A DNA stretch of 64,000 nt from a virus: IMG/VR virus record IMGVR_UViG_3300027984_000001. The stretch is one strand, 5' to 3'. Made by a program: the position numbers and the translations under genes. The notes below the pieces were generated by a model. The model did not search any database. It was not told where the DNA came from and was given only the letters and a program-made list of their open reading frames with translations. How positions within the stretch are numbered: position 1 is the stretch's first letter; each line of letters starts with the position of its first letter. This document shows positions 10,898-20,224 of this stretch, one piece after another.

Positions 10898-11374
10898 TCA
10901 TATCCTTATTGATGAAAATATTCTATTAAATGGCCTTAACCGTATTTGAAAAACATCCTGCCATTGAACCGGCAAGCCGTTTTTATTAGTTGCGCGGCTC
11001 CAACTGTGTGCGCCTAATACATTTTCGGACGTGTATCCAGTCAACTGACCCGCTTTGCTTTTATTAAATTTGTCAATATCTTCACATAGTCTAATAAAAT
11101 CGCCCGGTATATTCAGGCCGAATATTAAACCATTCCACCGCTCGTTTTCGTCCGCGCCGGTTAATGTGTATATCCCTTCATGCCGTGCAATAATTTGATA
11201 AATACCGTCAACCAACAATGAGCCTGTTAATGCAATATATTGATTAACACGATAAATATTTTTTAACGCTATTTTACCGTCATTTAATTCAAAATCCCCA
11301 GACTCTGAACAAACATCAAAAAAGTTATTGCATTCGCGCATAATCGGCAATAAAATGCTACCCGCCACGCCCAT
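10898..11374 (-). CDS. head-tail connector protein (by position)
   Basis: 158 aa in the neck module. Its start overlaps the upstream stop. Confidence 0.45.
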   Translation of the reverse strand: MGVAGSILLPIMRECNNFFDVCSESGDFELNDGKIALKNIYRVNQYIALTGSLLVDGIYQIIARHEGIYTLTGADENERWNGLIFGLNIPGDFIRLCEDIDKFNKSKAGQLTGYTSENVLGAHSWSRATNKNGLPVQWQDVFQIRLRPFNRIFSSIRI

Positions 11375-12015
11375 TACATAACCACAACGTAACCAGTGAA
11401 CTGATTCATTGCCTTTATTGAAATATTTGTATTATCCCTTTGCACATCTACATTGACAAGTGAATAAACGCTACCCGCTTGCTGATATACTCCAAATGGA
11501 AACTTGCCATTATGCTCGAATGTCAATGTATATATTCCGTTAACCGGCCCGCCCCATCTTGGATCTGACGTTGTAAAAGGTTCCGGGGCCGGGCCTGCAA
11601 TACCATCCGGCGGCTGTGGAATAGGAAACCAACCCACAACCCCAGAAGAGGATGTGCCGTATAACATATCATTACCGGGCGGCGTTAATGGCGCAAGCTC
11701 TCGCGCATATCCAACCGGCGTTGATCCTGTGGTTATACTGGTAATACTTGAATTGACATTGCTTAACGCGCTTTGAATTGTACCAGTAGACGCGTTATAA
11801 TTATTCGCCGTCGTGGCGGTTATTGCGTTTTGGATTACATTCCCGCTTGCATCAAGTGCAGGGATGCCGTTTGGTTGTCCTATACTGGATGTAGGAATAT
11901 AGTTTGCCAAATCGGTAACATTGGCTTTTGCGCTATCCAAATACGTATTGTTATCATTTATCTTTTGCGTTAATTCATTTGCCGTAAACGGCGTTTGTAT
12001 TGGTATTAATGGCAT
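11374..12015 (-). CDS. fiber-like structural protein (possible head fiber)
   Basis: 213 aa. N-terminal fiber-type motif (IPALDASGNV), Thr/Ser/Asn-rich. Confidence 0.4.
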   Translation of the reverse strand: MPLIPIQTPFTANELTQKINDNNTYLDSAKANVTDLANYIPTSSIGQPNGIPALDASGNVIQNAITATTANNYNASTGTIQSALSNVNSSITSITTGSTPVGYARELAPLTPPGNDMLYGTSSSGVVGWFPIPQPPDGIAGPAPEPFTTSDPRWGGPVNGIYTLTFEHNGKFPFGVYQQAGSVYSLVNVDVQRDNTNISIKAMNQFTGYVVVM

Positions 12016-12037
12016 ATTATCACTTCCAATCTGACCA

Positions 12038-12187
12038 TTAATTTATTATTGCTTTAATTTTAGTTAATGCATTAACTAATGTCTGTGCAACGGAAACGAG
12101 ACTATCAGCCGTCGCGGCAGTATTTGAATTAACTATTACTGTCAAATCCCCAACTGATATAGGTGTAGTTATGTTAGTTAATGCCAT
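12038..12187 (-). CDS. small hypothetical structural-module protein (49 aa)
   Basis: ATG with GAAGGTG SD. Below the 60-aa ORF cutoff. Fills the gap between two structural genes. Confidence 0.4.
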   Translation of the reverse strand: MALTNITTPISVGDLTVIVNSNTAATADSLVSVAQTLVNALTKIKAIIN

Positions 12188-12197
12188 TGAATCACCT

Positions 12198-12920
12198 TCA
12201 AATAATGGCAATCTGCCCGCTAAACGGCAAATTGCTTATTAAGGATATATCCCCATTGGGGTACCGACGTGACGTATACAGTATGTTTTCCGCAAAATCA
12301 ATGCCGTTGCGCAAAACTTCCAATATTGACGCATACAACCCGTGTTCATGTTGCGCCGCTGATACCGTAAACCGAGCATTTGTCGCGTATGGTTCCCAAT
12401 CATTTACTGAAAACATTCCATGATAAACGTCTGCCGGTCTACTACCACCATCATCCTGTTTTACAGTATTCCATATGCCATTAGCAAAATACTCAAAATT
12501 GCCAAATGCTTCACGTATAAACGGCGTTGAATTGCCCGGCGTTTGGACATATACATTTGTGGGATTGGGTGGTTCTATTGGAGGATACCCGTCTTTATAG
12601 CCGCTCTCAATTACTTCAAGTTGCGCCGTATTTGTAGTCCTGAAATCTCCAGCGAATACAGAAACAAAGACTACTCCGGGCATCATTAATGTTTCATTCG
12701 GTATTTGACATTGATTGTCTATCAAAGGAACCTGCACGGCTCCAATATCTTCCCGAAAAAAGATAACCGTTTTACTTAAACGCACCCATTCACGGGAAAA
12801 GCGGAAATGTGCTAAAACATAGTTTTGATTCATTGCAGGTATTTTAACATTGGTAATCCTGTCAATATTAAACGCCGTAACGTCAAAGTTGACAACAGAA
12901 TTATTTATAGAATCTGCCAT
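12198..12920 (-). CDS. Ig-like (BppU_N-like) structural protein, possible head decoration
   Basis: 240 aa just after the capsid gene. Its N-terminus resembles the tail fiber N-terminal domain in this window. Confidence 0.45.
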   Translation of the reverse strand: MADSINNSVVNFDVTAFNIDRITNVKIPAMNQNYVLAHFRFSREWVRLSKTVIFFREDIGAVQVPLIDNQCQIPNETLMMPGVVFVSVFAGDFRTTNTAQLEVIESGYKDGYPPIEPPNPTNVYVQTPGNSTPFIREAFGNFEYFANGIWNTVKQDDGGSRPADVYHGMFSVNDWEPYATNARFTVSAAQHEHGLYASILEVLRNGIDFAENILYTSRRYPNGDISLISNLPFSGQIAII

Positions 12921-12961
12921 GAAATCACATCCTTATACTGCCCATGCGGGCAGTCAAAATG

Positions 12962-13123
12962 TTATTCATTACTGACCGCCCGCCTTTTTCTTGTTTTTAC
13001 TAGCTCTGGTTTTACAACTTCATTATTCACATTGTTTTCTATTTCTGGTTCTTTAATCGGCGGTTGAATATCCTCTTTTTTAACAGCACGTTGTAACGCT
13101 TTATCCCATATTAATTGTGGCAA
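12962..13123 (-). CDS. small basic hypothetical protein (53 aa)
   Basis: TTG start 8 nt after AAGGAGG, which overlaps the capsid stop. Followed by stem-loop 12937-12954. Confidence 0.4.
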   Translation of the reverse strand: MPQLIWDKALQRAVKKEDIQPPIKEPEIENNVNNEVVKPELVKTRKRRAVSNE

Positions 13124-13137
13124 TTATATTGCCCTCC

Positions 13138-14081
13138 TTATACAGTCCCGTTACCATTACCGTTCCCATTACCCGCGCTTACATCAATGCCTGTAATTGA
13201 ACCATGCATAAATGACGGGCCATGATCAAGGCCAATCTGCCCAAATAGCATCTCTCTTTCACTTGCGCCAATTTTAGCAAGCGGCTCGGTGAAAAGAATG
13301 CCTTTACCGGGAACCTCCTGAAACACCGGGGCGCAATAGGATACATCCACAACTGCCAACGCATCCGGCGGCATAAAGCGATTCCAGACAATGCCCAAAC
13401 GCCCAAAATCAAACTCTATTTCCTGAATATTCAAACCACCAACATTACGAGTAGGCGGCAATGCAAAGCCCACAACCAAGTTATAAATTTCGGTTATACG
13501 CTGTTTTAAATACGCGCCGACCATCATGACCGGATTCTGAAACATAGCCCCGCCATCGGCCATTTCCCTGAAAAGAGTATTCAGCATATTTTTGTCGAGC
13601 GGTGCGCCCGCCGCATCAATATGCGTTCCGCCGGGCAGTTGTGTAGCTTCAATTATGCCGCGTGTCCTGTTTGCTACAGCCGCGCTTGACGCTCTCTGGA
13701 ATGTACCCGCAATAAACGAATGTTCTACATCACGTGCAACTTTAATAAGTTTCTGCTGTAACTGCCAATCAAACTCATTCGGCGGATTAGCCGCTTGATT
13801 AGCAATGTTTACACCGCTCATAAGGCCCATGTTCGATAGCTTAACATAAGTTAAATCTATTGCTTCTTGATGGATCTGCACTACATTCGTTACTTGCTCA
13901 CGCGTAATGTGTGAAGGCGGCGGGCTTATAATAGACGCTGTTTCAGAAATATTAGGCTGTTCAGCGGGCGGATGCGCATACAACTGCGCCACAACGAACT
14001 CCCAAGCGCGGGTAATCATCCCGCCGGTCAATCCGCCAATCATTGATAAAAACGGAGTATTTACTGGATCTGCCGTAAATA
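13138..14081 (-). CDS. major capsid protein, exon 2
   Basis: Contains the TPFLSMIGGLTGG capsid motif. The frame is restored by splicing to exon 1. The ORF-track start (TTG 14085) has no SD. Confidence 0.8.
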
Positions 14082-14391
14082 CCAAAATATTAAAATGGGT
14101 ACACTACTCCCACTCCGCTAATAACTTAGCGTCTTTATTTTTCAATAAAGTGTAGACTATATTATTATCCCATTAGGATTCCTGCGCTGTCCCAGTGATT
14201 TTAGGGCATCTTAGTCGTTGAACCTTCCACTTTTCGCGGCTTGGCGGCTGATTATCCAATATTATTAGTTTTTAGCATTCACGCATAAGCTTATTTCATC
14301 TTTACGTTTTAGCCTAATAATCTCTAAGGATTTCCCAGCAATTCACAGGATTATTCGATACGCGTTTCCGCGTAAAGGAACAATTTCGGTT
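14082..14391 (-). mobile_element. group I self-splicing intron (ORF-less, 310 nt) in the major capsid gene
   Basis: Core elements P AAUUGCUGGGAAA, Q AAUCAGCC, R GUUCAACGACUAAGA and S AUAGUCUAC are present. Also P7 GACUA/UAGUC, two GAAA hairpins, a U.G 5' splice site and a terminal G at 14082. Confidence 0.8.
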
Positions 14392-14449
14392 ATTCTCCGC
14401 TATAATTCGGCAGATTCCAAGTTGTGCCTGTTCCGGCGATTAATGCCAT
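14392..14449 (-). CDS. major capsid protein, exon 1 (19 codons + 1 nt)
   Basis: ATG 14449 follows an AAGAGG SD and encodes MALIAGTGTTWNLPNYSGE. Ends in GAAU, which pairs with the intron guide sequence. Confidence 0.7.
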
Positions 14450-14469
14450 ATACATAAACCTCTTTTATA

Positions 14470-15162
14470 TTAAATTTTATTTAATAATGCAAATTTACCA
14501 TAATATTGAATTGCGGCATTATTATAAGCCATTGCCGCATCAACCTCGTTGTCAAAACTACCTAAATAATGCAACAGATTATTATATCTTATATTTGCAC
14601 ACCATTGACGTTGATTTTTATGGTACGATACACCTTTGTAAATACTTAACTTTTTATTAGCTGTTTTCCTTTGATTCATAATATTTTGATGAAATGTAGC
14701 AATTCTTAAATTCGATTTTCTGTTATTTGCGCCATCTCCATCAATATGATCAACAACCATATTCGAAGGGCATTGCATAATCAAATGATGCAATTTAAAT
14801 CTTTTGGTTCCACCTCCACCGCATTTTACATAGCCATCATCTACTTGCCAAAATCTATGACCTAGTAAATGAACATCCTCTTTATCCATATAAAATACTG
14901 CATTAGGTTGAACGTTTACATTTATTACCTTTACCACATCATTTAAATCAATAATAATCATCGGACATTTAATACTGCCGCATTTCCACTCATTTGATTT
15001 TTTATTTTTTATAATAATGCCATTCTCAAACTGTATATCAAAATCTTTTGCTGTTCTATATTCTATCACCTTGGCCATTAAACCATTATTCATACGTCTA
15101 ATTTCGCCAGTTTTATCAATACGCTGATTATTTTTTGCCCACTCGCGCCCTATATTAATCAT
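14470..15162 (-). CDS. free-standing HNH homing endonuclease with AP2 DNA-binding domain
   Basis: HNH_3-type motif (DHIDGDGANNRKSNLR...HQN) plus a C-terminal AP2-like YKGVSYHKNQRQWCANIRY...AAMAYN. Lies between the scaffold and capsid genes. Confidence 0.8.
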   Translation of the reverse strand: MINIGREWAKNNQRIDKTGEIRRMNNGLMAKVIEYRTAKDFDIQFENGIIIKNKKSNEWKCGSIKCPMIIIDLNDVVKVINVNVQPNAVFYMDKEDVHLLGHRFWQVDDGYVKCGGGGTKRFKLHHLIMQCPSNMVVDHIDGDGANNRKSNLRIATFHQNIMNQRKTANKKLSIYKGVSYHKNQRQWCANIRYNNLLHYLGSFDNEVDAAMAYNNAAIQYYGKFALLNKI

Positions 15163-15279
15163 CCCCTAGATTAACCCTCAATCATAATCATGGGGGGAGC
15201 GGCCGAGGATTGCCGCCATTCGTCCCATCGAACTATCCCATTTATAAATTATGCCAATAATGGCGCAATTTATCGTTTT

Positions 15280-15939
15280 TTAATTTACCACAACGCCCTT
15301 GGAAAAAGCTTCCCTCTTAATTCTCAATAAATCGGCAGTAGTCTTTCCTGCCTTTTTAGCGGCGTCATATTGCGCCTGATAATTAACTTCTCCGGAGGGT
15401 AATCGTGTCTCTGAGGGCTTTTGTTTCAATCTTTTTTCCAGCATTTCTGTTGCAAGCTTATCCACAACACCCGGCTTATGATACTCATACTCCGAAAACA
15501 TATCAATAATGCTTTGTATGTTTTCGGCTGTTACTTTCTCATAATCTACAAGACTTGCGAATGTTTTGGGGATCTGCTTTTCCACAAACGCATCTTCAAC
15601 CGTGCGCCGTAAACTGTCGGCGCGTTGTCTGCGCTCGTATTGCTCTTCCAATGACTTCTTTTGTCTTAATAATTCCTGTATTTGCTCATCTTTGTTCATT
15701 GCTTTAAATCTAGCTTCTTCGCTAATTTGCTGATCCAGCAAAATGCGTTGACGTTCAGCTTCTTTCTTCCGCGCCGTTTCCGTCGCTTGGGAAATTCGCT
15801 TATCAATGAATTTTTGCAATTCTGAATCTGTCTTAATCAATTCCTCGTAGTTTAACATCCTACTAGTAATTGGCTCTGGTTCTATATTATTCTTGTCAAC
15901 TTCTAATTGTTCGTTGTTGACAATAGGCTCATCAGCCAT
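15280..15939 (-). CDS. capsid scaffolding protein
   Basis: Acidic coiled-coil protein (DUF4355-like). ATG 15939 follows an AAGGAG SD. Upstream of the capsid gene. Confidence 0.7.
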   Translation of the reverse strand: MADEPIVNNEQLEVDKNNIEPEPITSRMLNYEELIKTDSELQKFIDKRISQATETARKKEAERQRILLDQQISEEARFKAMNKDEQIQELLRQKKSLEEQYERRQRADSLRRTVEDAFVEKQIPKTFASLVDYEKVTAENIQSIIDMFSEYEYHKPGVVDKLATEMLEKRLKQKPSETRLPSGEVNYQAQYDAAKKAGKTTADLLRIKREAFSKGVVVN

Positions 15940-16010
15940 TGATTGTCTCCTTTTGCCCTTGTCGTATTCAACCGACAAGTGCATATTATTTTATATGACC
16001 CGCAAGGGTA

Positions 16011-17246
16011 TCATGCATTTAAAACTTTTATTTCAAACTTCAAATCATTTAAAAACTGATTAATTAAGTCCAATGTCATATCATTACGTATAACTACACG
16101 TTGCAATACAATATTGGATAAATTATCCGGCATTGCATATGCTGGAATCATCCAGCCTTTTAATGACATTCTATCACTTAAATTAAATAATGTCCAGTTT
16201 TTTTTCTCTTGTAATGTCCATGTAACAATTGGTATATCAATCCGACCCGCCCATAATTGGAATACTCCTATTTTCAAGATTTCATCCATAAGATAATAGG
16301 CTATTCTCATAGACATTTCATGAATAGCTTTTATACCATCAAACCCATAGCGTATAAATACCCAATATTGCAATAAAACTTGCGCACCGGGTCTTGTAAA
16401 ATTCAATGTGTTTGTTGGCATATGCCCTCCAAGATAATCCACGTAATGAATTAAACTTTTAGGGAAATAACTTCTATGCCGCCAAACTACCCAACCTATG
16501 CCCGGATACACTAATCCGTATTTATGGCCTGAGGTATTAATTGAGACAACACGTTTAATTCTGAAATCCCATCCAAAATTAGATTGCAGAAACGGCGCAA
16601 TCATCCCACCGCTTGCCGCGTCAACATGGATGGGAATATCAATATTCTGCTGTTCACTCATATCATTTAGCACTTGATTAACGCTTACAATGTCATCATA
16701 TTGCCCGGTATAAGTTATTCCAAGTGTAACCACAACACCAATAGTATTGTCATCAACCAATGACAATATACTATAACCATCCAACACTTTATGATGTTGT
16801 GATATTGGGGCGTACCTTGGTTCTACGTCAAAATAATTACAAAACTTTTTCCAGCACACATGTGCCGTTGTTGACATTACAAGATTAGGTTTACTTTTGC
16901 CGGTCAAACCTTCACAACGGCGTTTCATTGCCAAACCTGCCATTATACAGGCTTCGGACGAACCCACAGTAGAAAAACCTATTGCATTATCAACATTCTT
17001 ACAATGCCATAAATCGGCTATTATTTTCCAACATCCGTTTTCAATAGCTGTTGTTTGTGGATTTTCCGACTTATCAATTAGGTTTTTCCAATAGTATTTA
17101 GCATACAATTTGTTTGCGTACTCTTCCATTTCAGCCGTTATGAATGTTTCTATATTCTTTTGTGGATCTGCATCCTGCTTTAAACGTTCAAGTATTATTT
17201 GATATGCCTTTTCTGGTAACATAGGCTCTTTGGGCAATATATCCAT
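16011..17246 (-). CDS. gad: glutamate decarboxylase (PLP-dependent, GadB-like)
   Basis: Colinear with E. coli GadB motifs: ADLWH, GSSEAC, HVDAASGG, the PLP-lysine motif SGHKYGLVYPGIGWVVWR, and VDYLGG..NFTRP. Confidence 0.85.
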   Translation of the reverse strand: MDILPKEPMLPEKAYQIILERLKQDADPQKNIETFITAEMEEYANKLYAKYYWKNLIDKSENPQTTAIENGCWKIIADLWHCKNVDNAIGFSTVGSSEACIMAGLAMKRRCEGLTGKSKPNLVMSTTAHVCWKKFCNYFDVEPRYAPISQHHKVLDGYSILSLVDDNTIGVVVTLGITYTGQYDDIVSVNQVLNDMSEQQNIDIPIHVDAASGGMIAPFLQSNFGWDFRIKRVVSINTSGHKYGLVYPGIGWVVWRHRSYFPKSLIHYVDYLGGHMPTNTLNFTRPGAQVLLQYWVFIRYGFDGIKAIHEMSMRIAYYLMDEILKIGVFQLWAGRIDIPIVTWTLQEKKNWTLFNLSDRMSLKGWMIPAYAMPDNLSNIVLQRVVIRNDMTLDLINQFLNDLKFEIKVLNA

Positions 17247-17602
17247 TACTCTAAGCCATCCGCCAAATTTTCAGCCGCAACCTCTCTCCATACGTCAGTG
17301 TTTTCAATAATGGCATCTCTTAAATAGGGTCTACCCGTCATACGCGCCGTGCCGTCGTGTACCCAAGTTGCATATTCCATATTTGAACCGATAGCAACGG
17401 AATCCCCATCCGGCCATCCCGGCATTGATGTAATAGAGCGCATTAAATCTCCAGTAATACGAATAGGCTTGCCGTATCTACTTTCCAGATAATCAACTGT
17501 TACTCCAACAGCCGCTTGACCTATAGCGGTTAGCGCCTTTTTCTTATTAGCATCATATCTATTCTTAATTTTAATTGAATGGTCAACTATTGTTACTGGC
17601 AT
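17246..17602 (-). CDS. HK97 gp10-family phage protein
   Basis: Start moved to MPVTIV (ATG 17602, GGAGAGG SD). YATWVHDGT....GRPYLRDA motif. Confidence 0.55.
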   Translation of the reverse strand: MPVTIVDHSIKIKNRYDANKKKALTAIGQAAVGVTVDYLESRYGKPIRITGDLMRSITSMPGWPDGDSVAIGSNMEYATWVHDGTARMTGRPYLRDAIIENTDVWREVAAENLADGLE

Positions 17603-18551
17603 CGTAATCCCTCTCCGCAATAGATATGCCCTTTGCGCGTTTAGCTTCAACTTCCTGTTGGTACCGTTCAAATGATTTTGACATTGCCCATGCATTATGT
17701 TGTCTTAACGCGGGGCTAATAGTCTGAACCATAGGCACACTGACACAAAAACAATTTATGATATTAGCGGCATTTGACCCACTTCCAGTATTGTCACCGG
17801 GGTATTTTAAACCATTGGAAAACTCTTCCCCAACATCGACAACCTGCATATGCGTTAACTCATGCAATTCCCGTGTTCTAACAAGACGCGCCATCCATCT
17901 ATTTTGCATACCTATGCCCATATTTTCCGCTTCTTCATATCCCATATAGCGGCCCTGAGATTGTACGCGTGTACGTTCTGTCTGTGCAACGCGCCGTGCT
18001 TGTCTATAGCTTTGGCCCGTGACTTCGCGAATGCGTTTAATTATTTTAGGTTGACCCTCACCCAACATCACACTTTGTATTAAATGGTTTTGCAACCGTT
18101 GAACTATTGGCTTGCTTTGCCCTAAATTCCTATAGGCTATTTTGGTAAACGGCGGTTCCTTTTCTGATACCAACACGGCAAGCTGATTCCTGTCGTATAA
18201 AGTCCAATCCAAATCAAGACCCGTCTGCCGGTTGATAGAAAAGGCTGAATAGTCATAATTCAATGTAAATATGCCCGTCATTTCACCCCTGACGATATCC
18301 GCCGCCGTCTCTCCAGCCCTTGCAATCTCAGACGCGATTATATTTGTTTGCTTTTGACGGCGTATTACTTCATTGGCGAATGCCTTGCGCTTTGCTTCGG
18401 GCGCATCCGCTGGTAATGACGCTAACTTTTGTATCCATTCCTTTTCATTTTCAACAGCTTTTTTATATGCTTCATTATACACACCCTCCAGCCGCTTAGA
18501 CAATGCCCTCATTCGGTCATCGGTCATCTTCGTTGCGATATCAATAGCCAT
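17583..18551 (-). CDS. head morphogenesis protein (SPP1 gp7 / Mu F-like)
   Basis: 322 aa downstream of the portal. RRVAQTERTRVQSQG motif. Confidence 0.75.
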   Translation of the reverse strand: MAIDIATKMTDDRMRALSKRLEGVYNEAYKKAVENEKEWIQKLASLPADAPEAKRKAFANEVIRRQKQTNIIASEIARAGETAADIVRGEMTGIFTLNYDYSAFSINRQTGLDLDWTLYDRNQLAVLVSEKEPPFTKIAYRNLGQSKPIVQRLQNHLIQSVMLGEGQPKIIKRIREVTGQSYRQARRVAQTERTRVQSQGRYMGYEEAENMGIGMQNRWMARLVRTRELHELTHMQVVDVGEEFSNGLKYPGDNTGSGSNAANIINCFCVSVPMVQTISPALRQHNAWAMSKSFERYQQEVEAKRAKGISIAERDYDASNNS

Positions 18552-20224
18552 TATTGTTGAACTGCCTGACTAACAATAGGCTGTACTTGTGGTTGTGTCT
18601 GCTGTATAGGTTGTGTTTGTGGTAATGTTTGCGGTTGTTGTGGTAATGGTTGACCCGGCAATGTAGTATCACTGATAACCTGCTCGGTTTGATTCATTGA
18701 CAAATCTTCTTCCGCTAACCGCTCTGATTCCATAACCCCTATTTCTTCCCCATATAACAACTGTAAAGCATATTCCTCGGATATTAATTGATTATTTCTA
18801 AGTTCGACTATTTGTTCAGGCTTAGATGGACGTATCTGATCTGCGTTAATCTTAGTCAATTCGCCCTCTGGGTCTACTTTCAAACCGGCTTCGTTTATTG
18901 CGCTTTTAGCGGATAACAATCCCGCGTCTTTAGCTTTAATAGCCCGCGCAACCTGTACATCCACGTCAGTAGGTATATTCCGCGTAAAAGTAACATCAAT
19001 TTTTCTAAAATCAAATGAGGTGTTATTTTTTATATTTAGCCTATTAGTTATAATTTCCCACAATCGTAAATACCCGCGCTTAAACACCTTATCAATTACA
19101 GCGGCATATTGATCCAATCCATACAATTTATATCCAAGCGCAACCCCTGACGCATTTCCCGCGAATGATTCATCTGTCATATTGGGTACATTTGAAATCA
19201 TAGTAATAATAGTCTCAAGTTTTTTCAATACATCCAACATGCCTGAATAATTGACATTTTTTATCAACCATTGCATATTGCCGCCCTCGCGTAAGAATAC
19301 CGCCTTTGCATCAAATAGTTCCTTTTCCTCTTGTTTCCATACTGGGTTGACTTCTCGCACTGGTTGATTGTATTCATTCATAATCATTGCGCCGTCAGGC
19401 CCTTGCACATTCACAAACATAGGATTAGAAGGATTATATCCAGCAATTAATAACTTAGCGTCATCGTTATATTGCGTCATATTTTTGATATTTTTTATCA
19501 TATTTTCATACATATCAATGACGCCGATTACAGGTTCAAATATGCCTATGCTATCAGGATTTTCGAAAGACGTAACCGGCACGTCTCCCCATTCAACGGG
19601 GCGCTCATCCATTAGTTGCAATTCACCGTGAATATTATAATCCACAAATGGAATAGGCAAGCCATCGGAAGAATAAATCCTTTTATAATTTTCGGTTATA
19701 ACCTCCAGCCTTATCATTTCTATGCCTTTATCATCATACTCCATAAATCTACGTAAAAAGGCAATAGGATACGGCGGTGTATTATAATCATAAATACAAA
19801 TACTTTGCCTACTGTCGGCCCGTGTATAAACAACCTCATTATCTTCATTTTCCAAAACGTTTAAATATGCCGCGCCCGTGACAATATAATCATGAATTAA
19901 TTCCGTAAATGTAGCGGCATCATCATTATATCGCCTTATATTATCAATGGCGGCTTGGAAATCCTCCGATTTATCGCTGTCCACAACGGAATATGATGGG
20001 GCTTTCCCGCTTAAATATCCTTGTACCATATGAACGATATAATACTCAAACGCGATTGTGACGCGTTCTTCCTCACTTGACATAAATTGGTTATCATAAA
20101 CTTTACGGCGATAACGATTGTACAATTTATTCCTGAACTCAAAATAAGGCTGTATAAGCATTAACAATTCAGATATCTTTTCGCCAGTCAAATTATCAAA
20201 ATAACCCGGATTAAGTTGTATCAT
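18551..20224 (-). CDS. portal protein
   Basis: 557 aa following the terminase. SPP1 gp6-like size and position. Gln/Pro-rich C-terminal tail. Confidence 0.8.
   Translation of the reverse strand: MIQLNPGYFDNLTGEKISELLMLIQPYFEFRNKLYNRYRRKVYDNQFMSSEEERVTIAFEYYIVHMVQGYLSGKAPSYSVVDSDKSEDFQAAIDNIRRYNDDAATFTELIHDYIVTGAAYLNVLENEDNEVVYTRADSRQSICIYDYNTPPYPIAFLRRFMEYDDKGIEMIRLEVITENYKRIYSSDGLPIPFVDYNIHGELQLMDERPVEWGDVPVTSFENPDSIGIFEPVIGVIDMYENMIKNIKNMTQYNDDAKLLIAGYNPSNPMFVNVQGPDGAMIMNEYNQPVREVNPVWKQEEKELFDAKAVFLREGGNMQWLIKNVNYSGMLDVLKKLETIITMISNVPNMTDESFAGNASGVALGYKLYGLDQYAAVIDKVFKRGYLRLWEIITNRLNIKNNTSFDFRKIDVTFTRNIPTDVDVQVARAIKAKDAGLLSAKSAINEAGLKVDPEGELTKINADQIRPSKPEQIVELRNNQLISEEYALQLLYGEEIGVMESERLAEEDLSMNQTEQVISDTTLPGQPLPQQPQTLPQTQPIQQTQPQVQPIVSQAVQQ

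Noticed and set aside
14113-14406. 12-nt direct repeat UUAU(U)AGCGGAG near both ends of the intron (about 14395-14406 and about 14113-14125), which might mark a transposon-like target duplication.
   Set aside because: Deleting between the repeats gives a frame that hits a stop after 12 codons. The group I core explains the region without invoking transposition.
14104-14413. Alternative intron boundaries: 5' splice site after GGAAU (14414), which also pairs with the guide GUUCC, and a terminal G at 14104. These are also in frame and also give a 310-nt intron.
   Set aside because: This would give ...TTWN-CTHFNIL-VFTADP, discarding LPNYSGE, and needs a 32-nt P1 loop with no P10. The 14392/14082 pair gives a compact P1, a P10, and the junction NYSGE-L-F. 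By my recollection of capsid homologs (PNYxGELF) that junction fits better. Only cDNA sequencing can settle it.
15170-15235. Mini-ORF MAAILGRSPHDYD upstream of the HNH gene, whose first residues resemble the capsid N-terminus MALIAG. It could be a duplicated capsid start left by endonuclease gene invasion.
   Set aside because: Only about 4 residues match, there is no SD, and it sits inside a GC hairpin. The evidence is insufficient.
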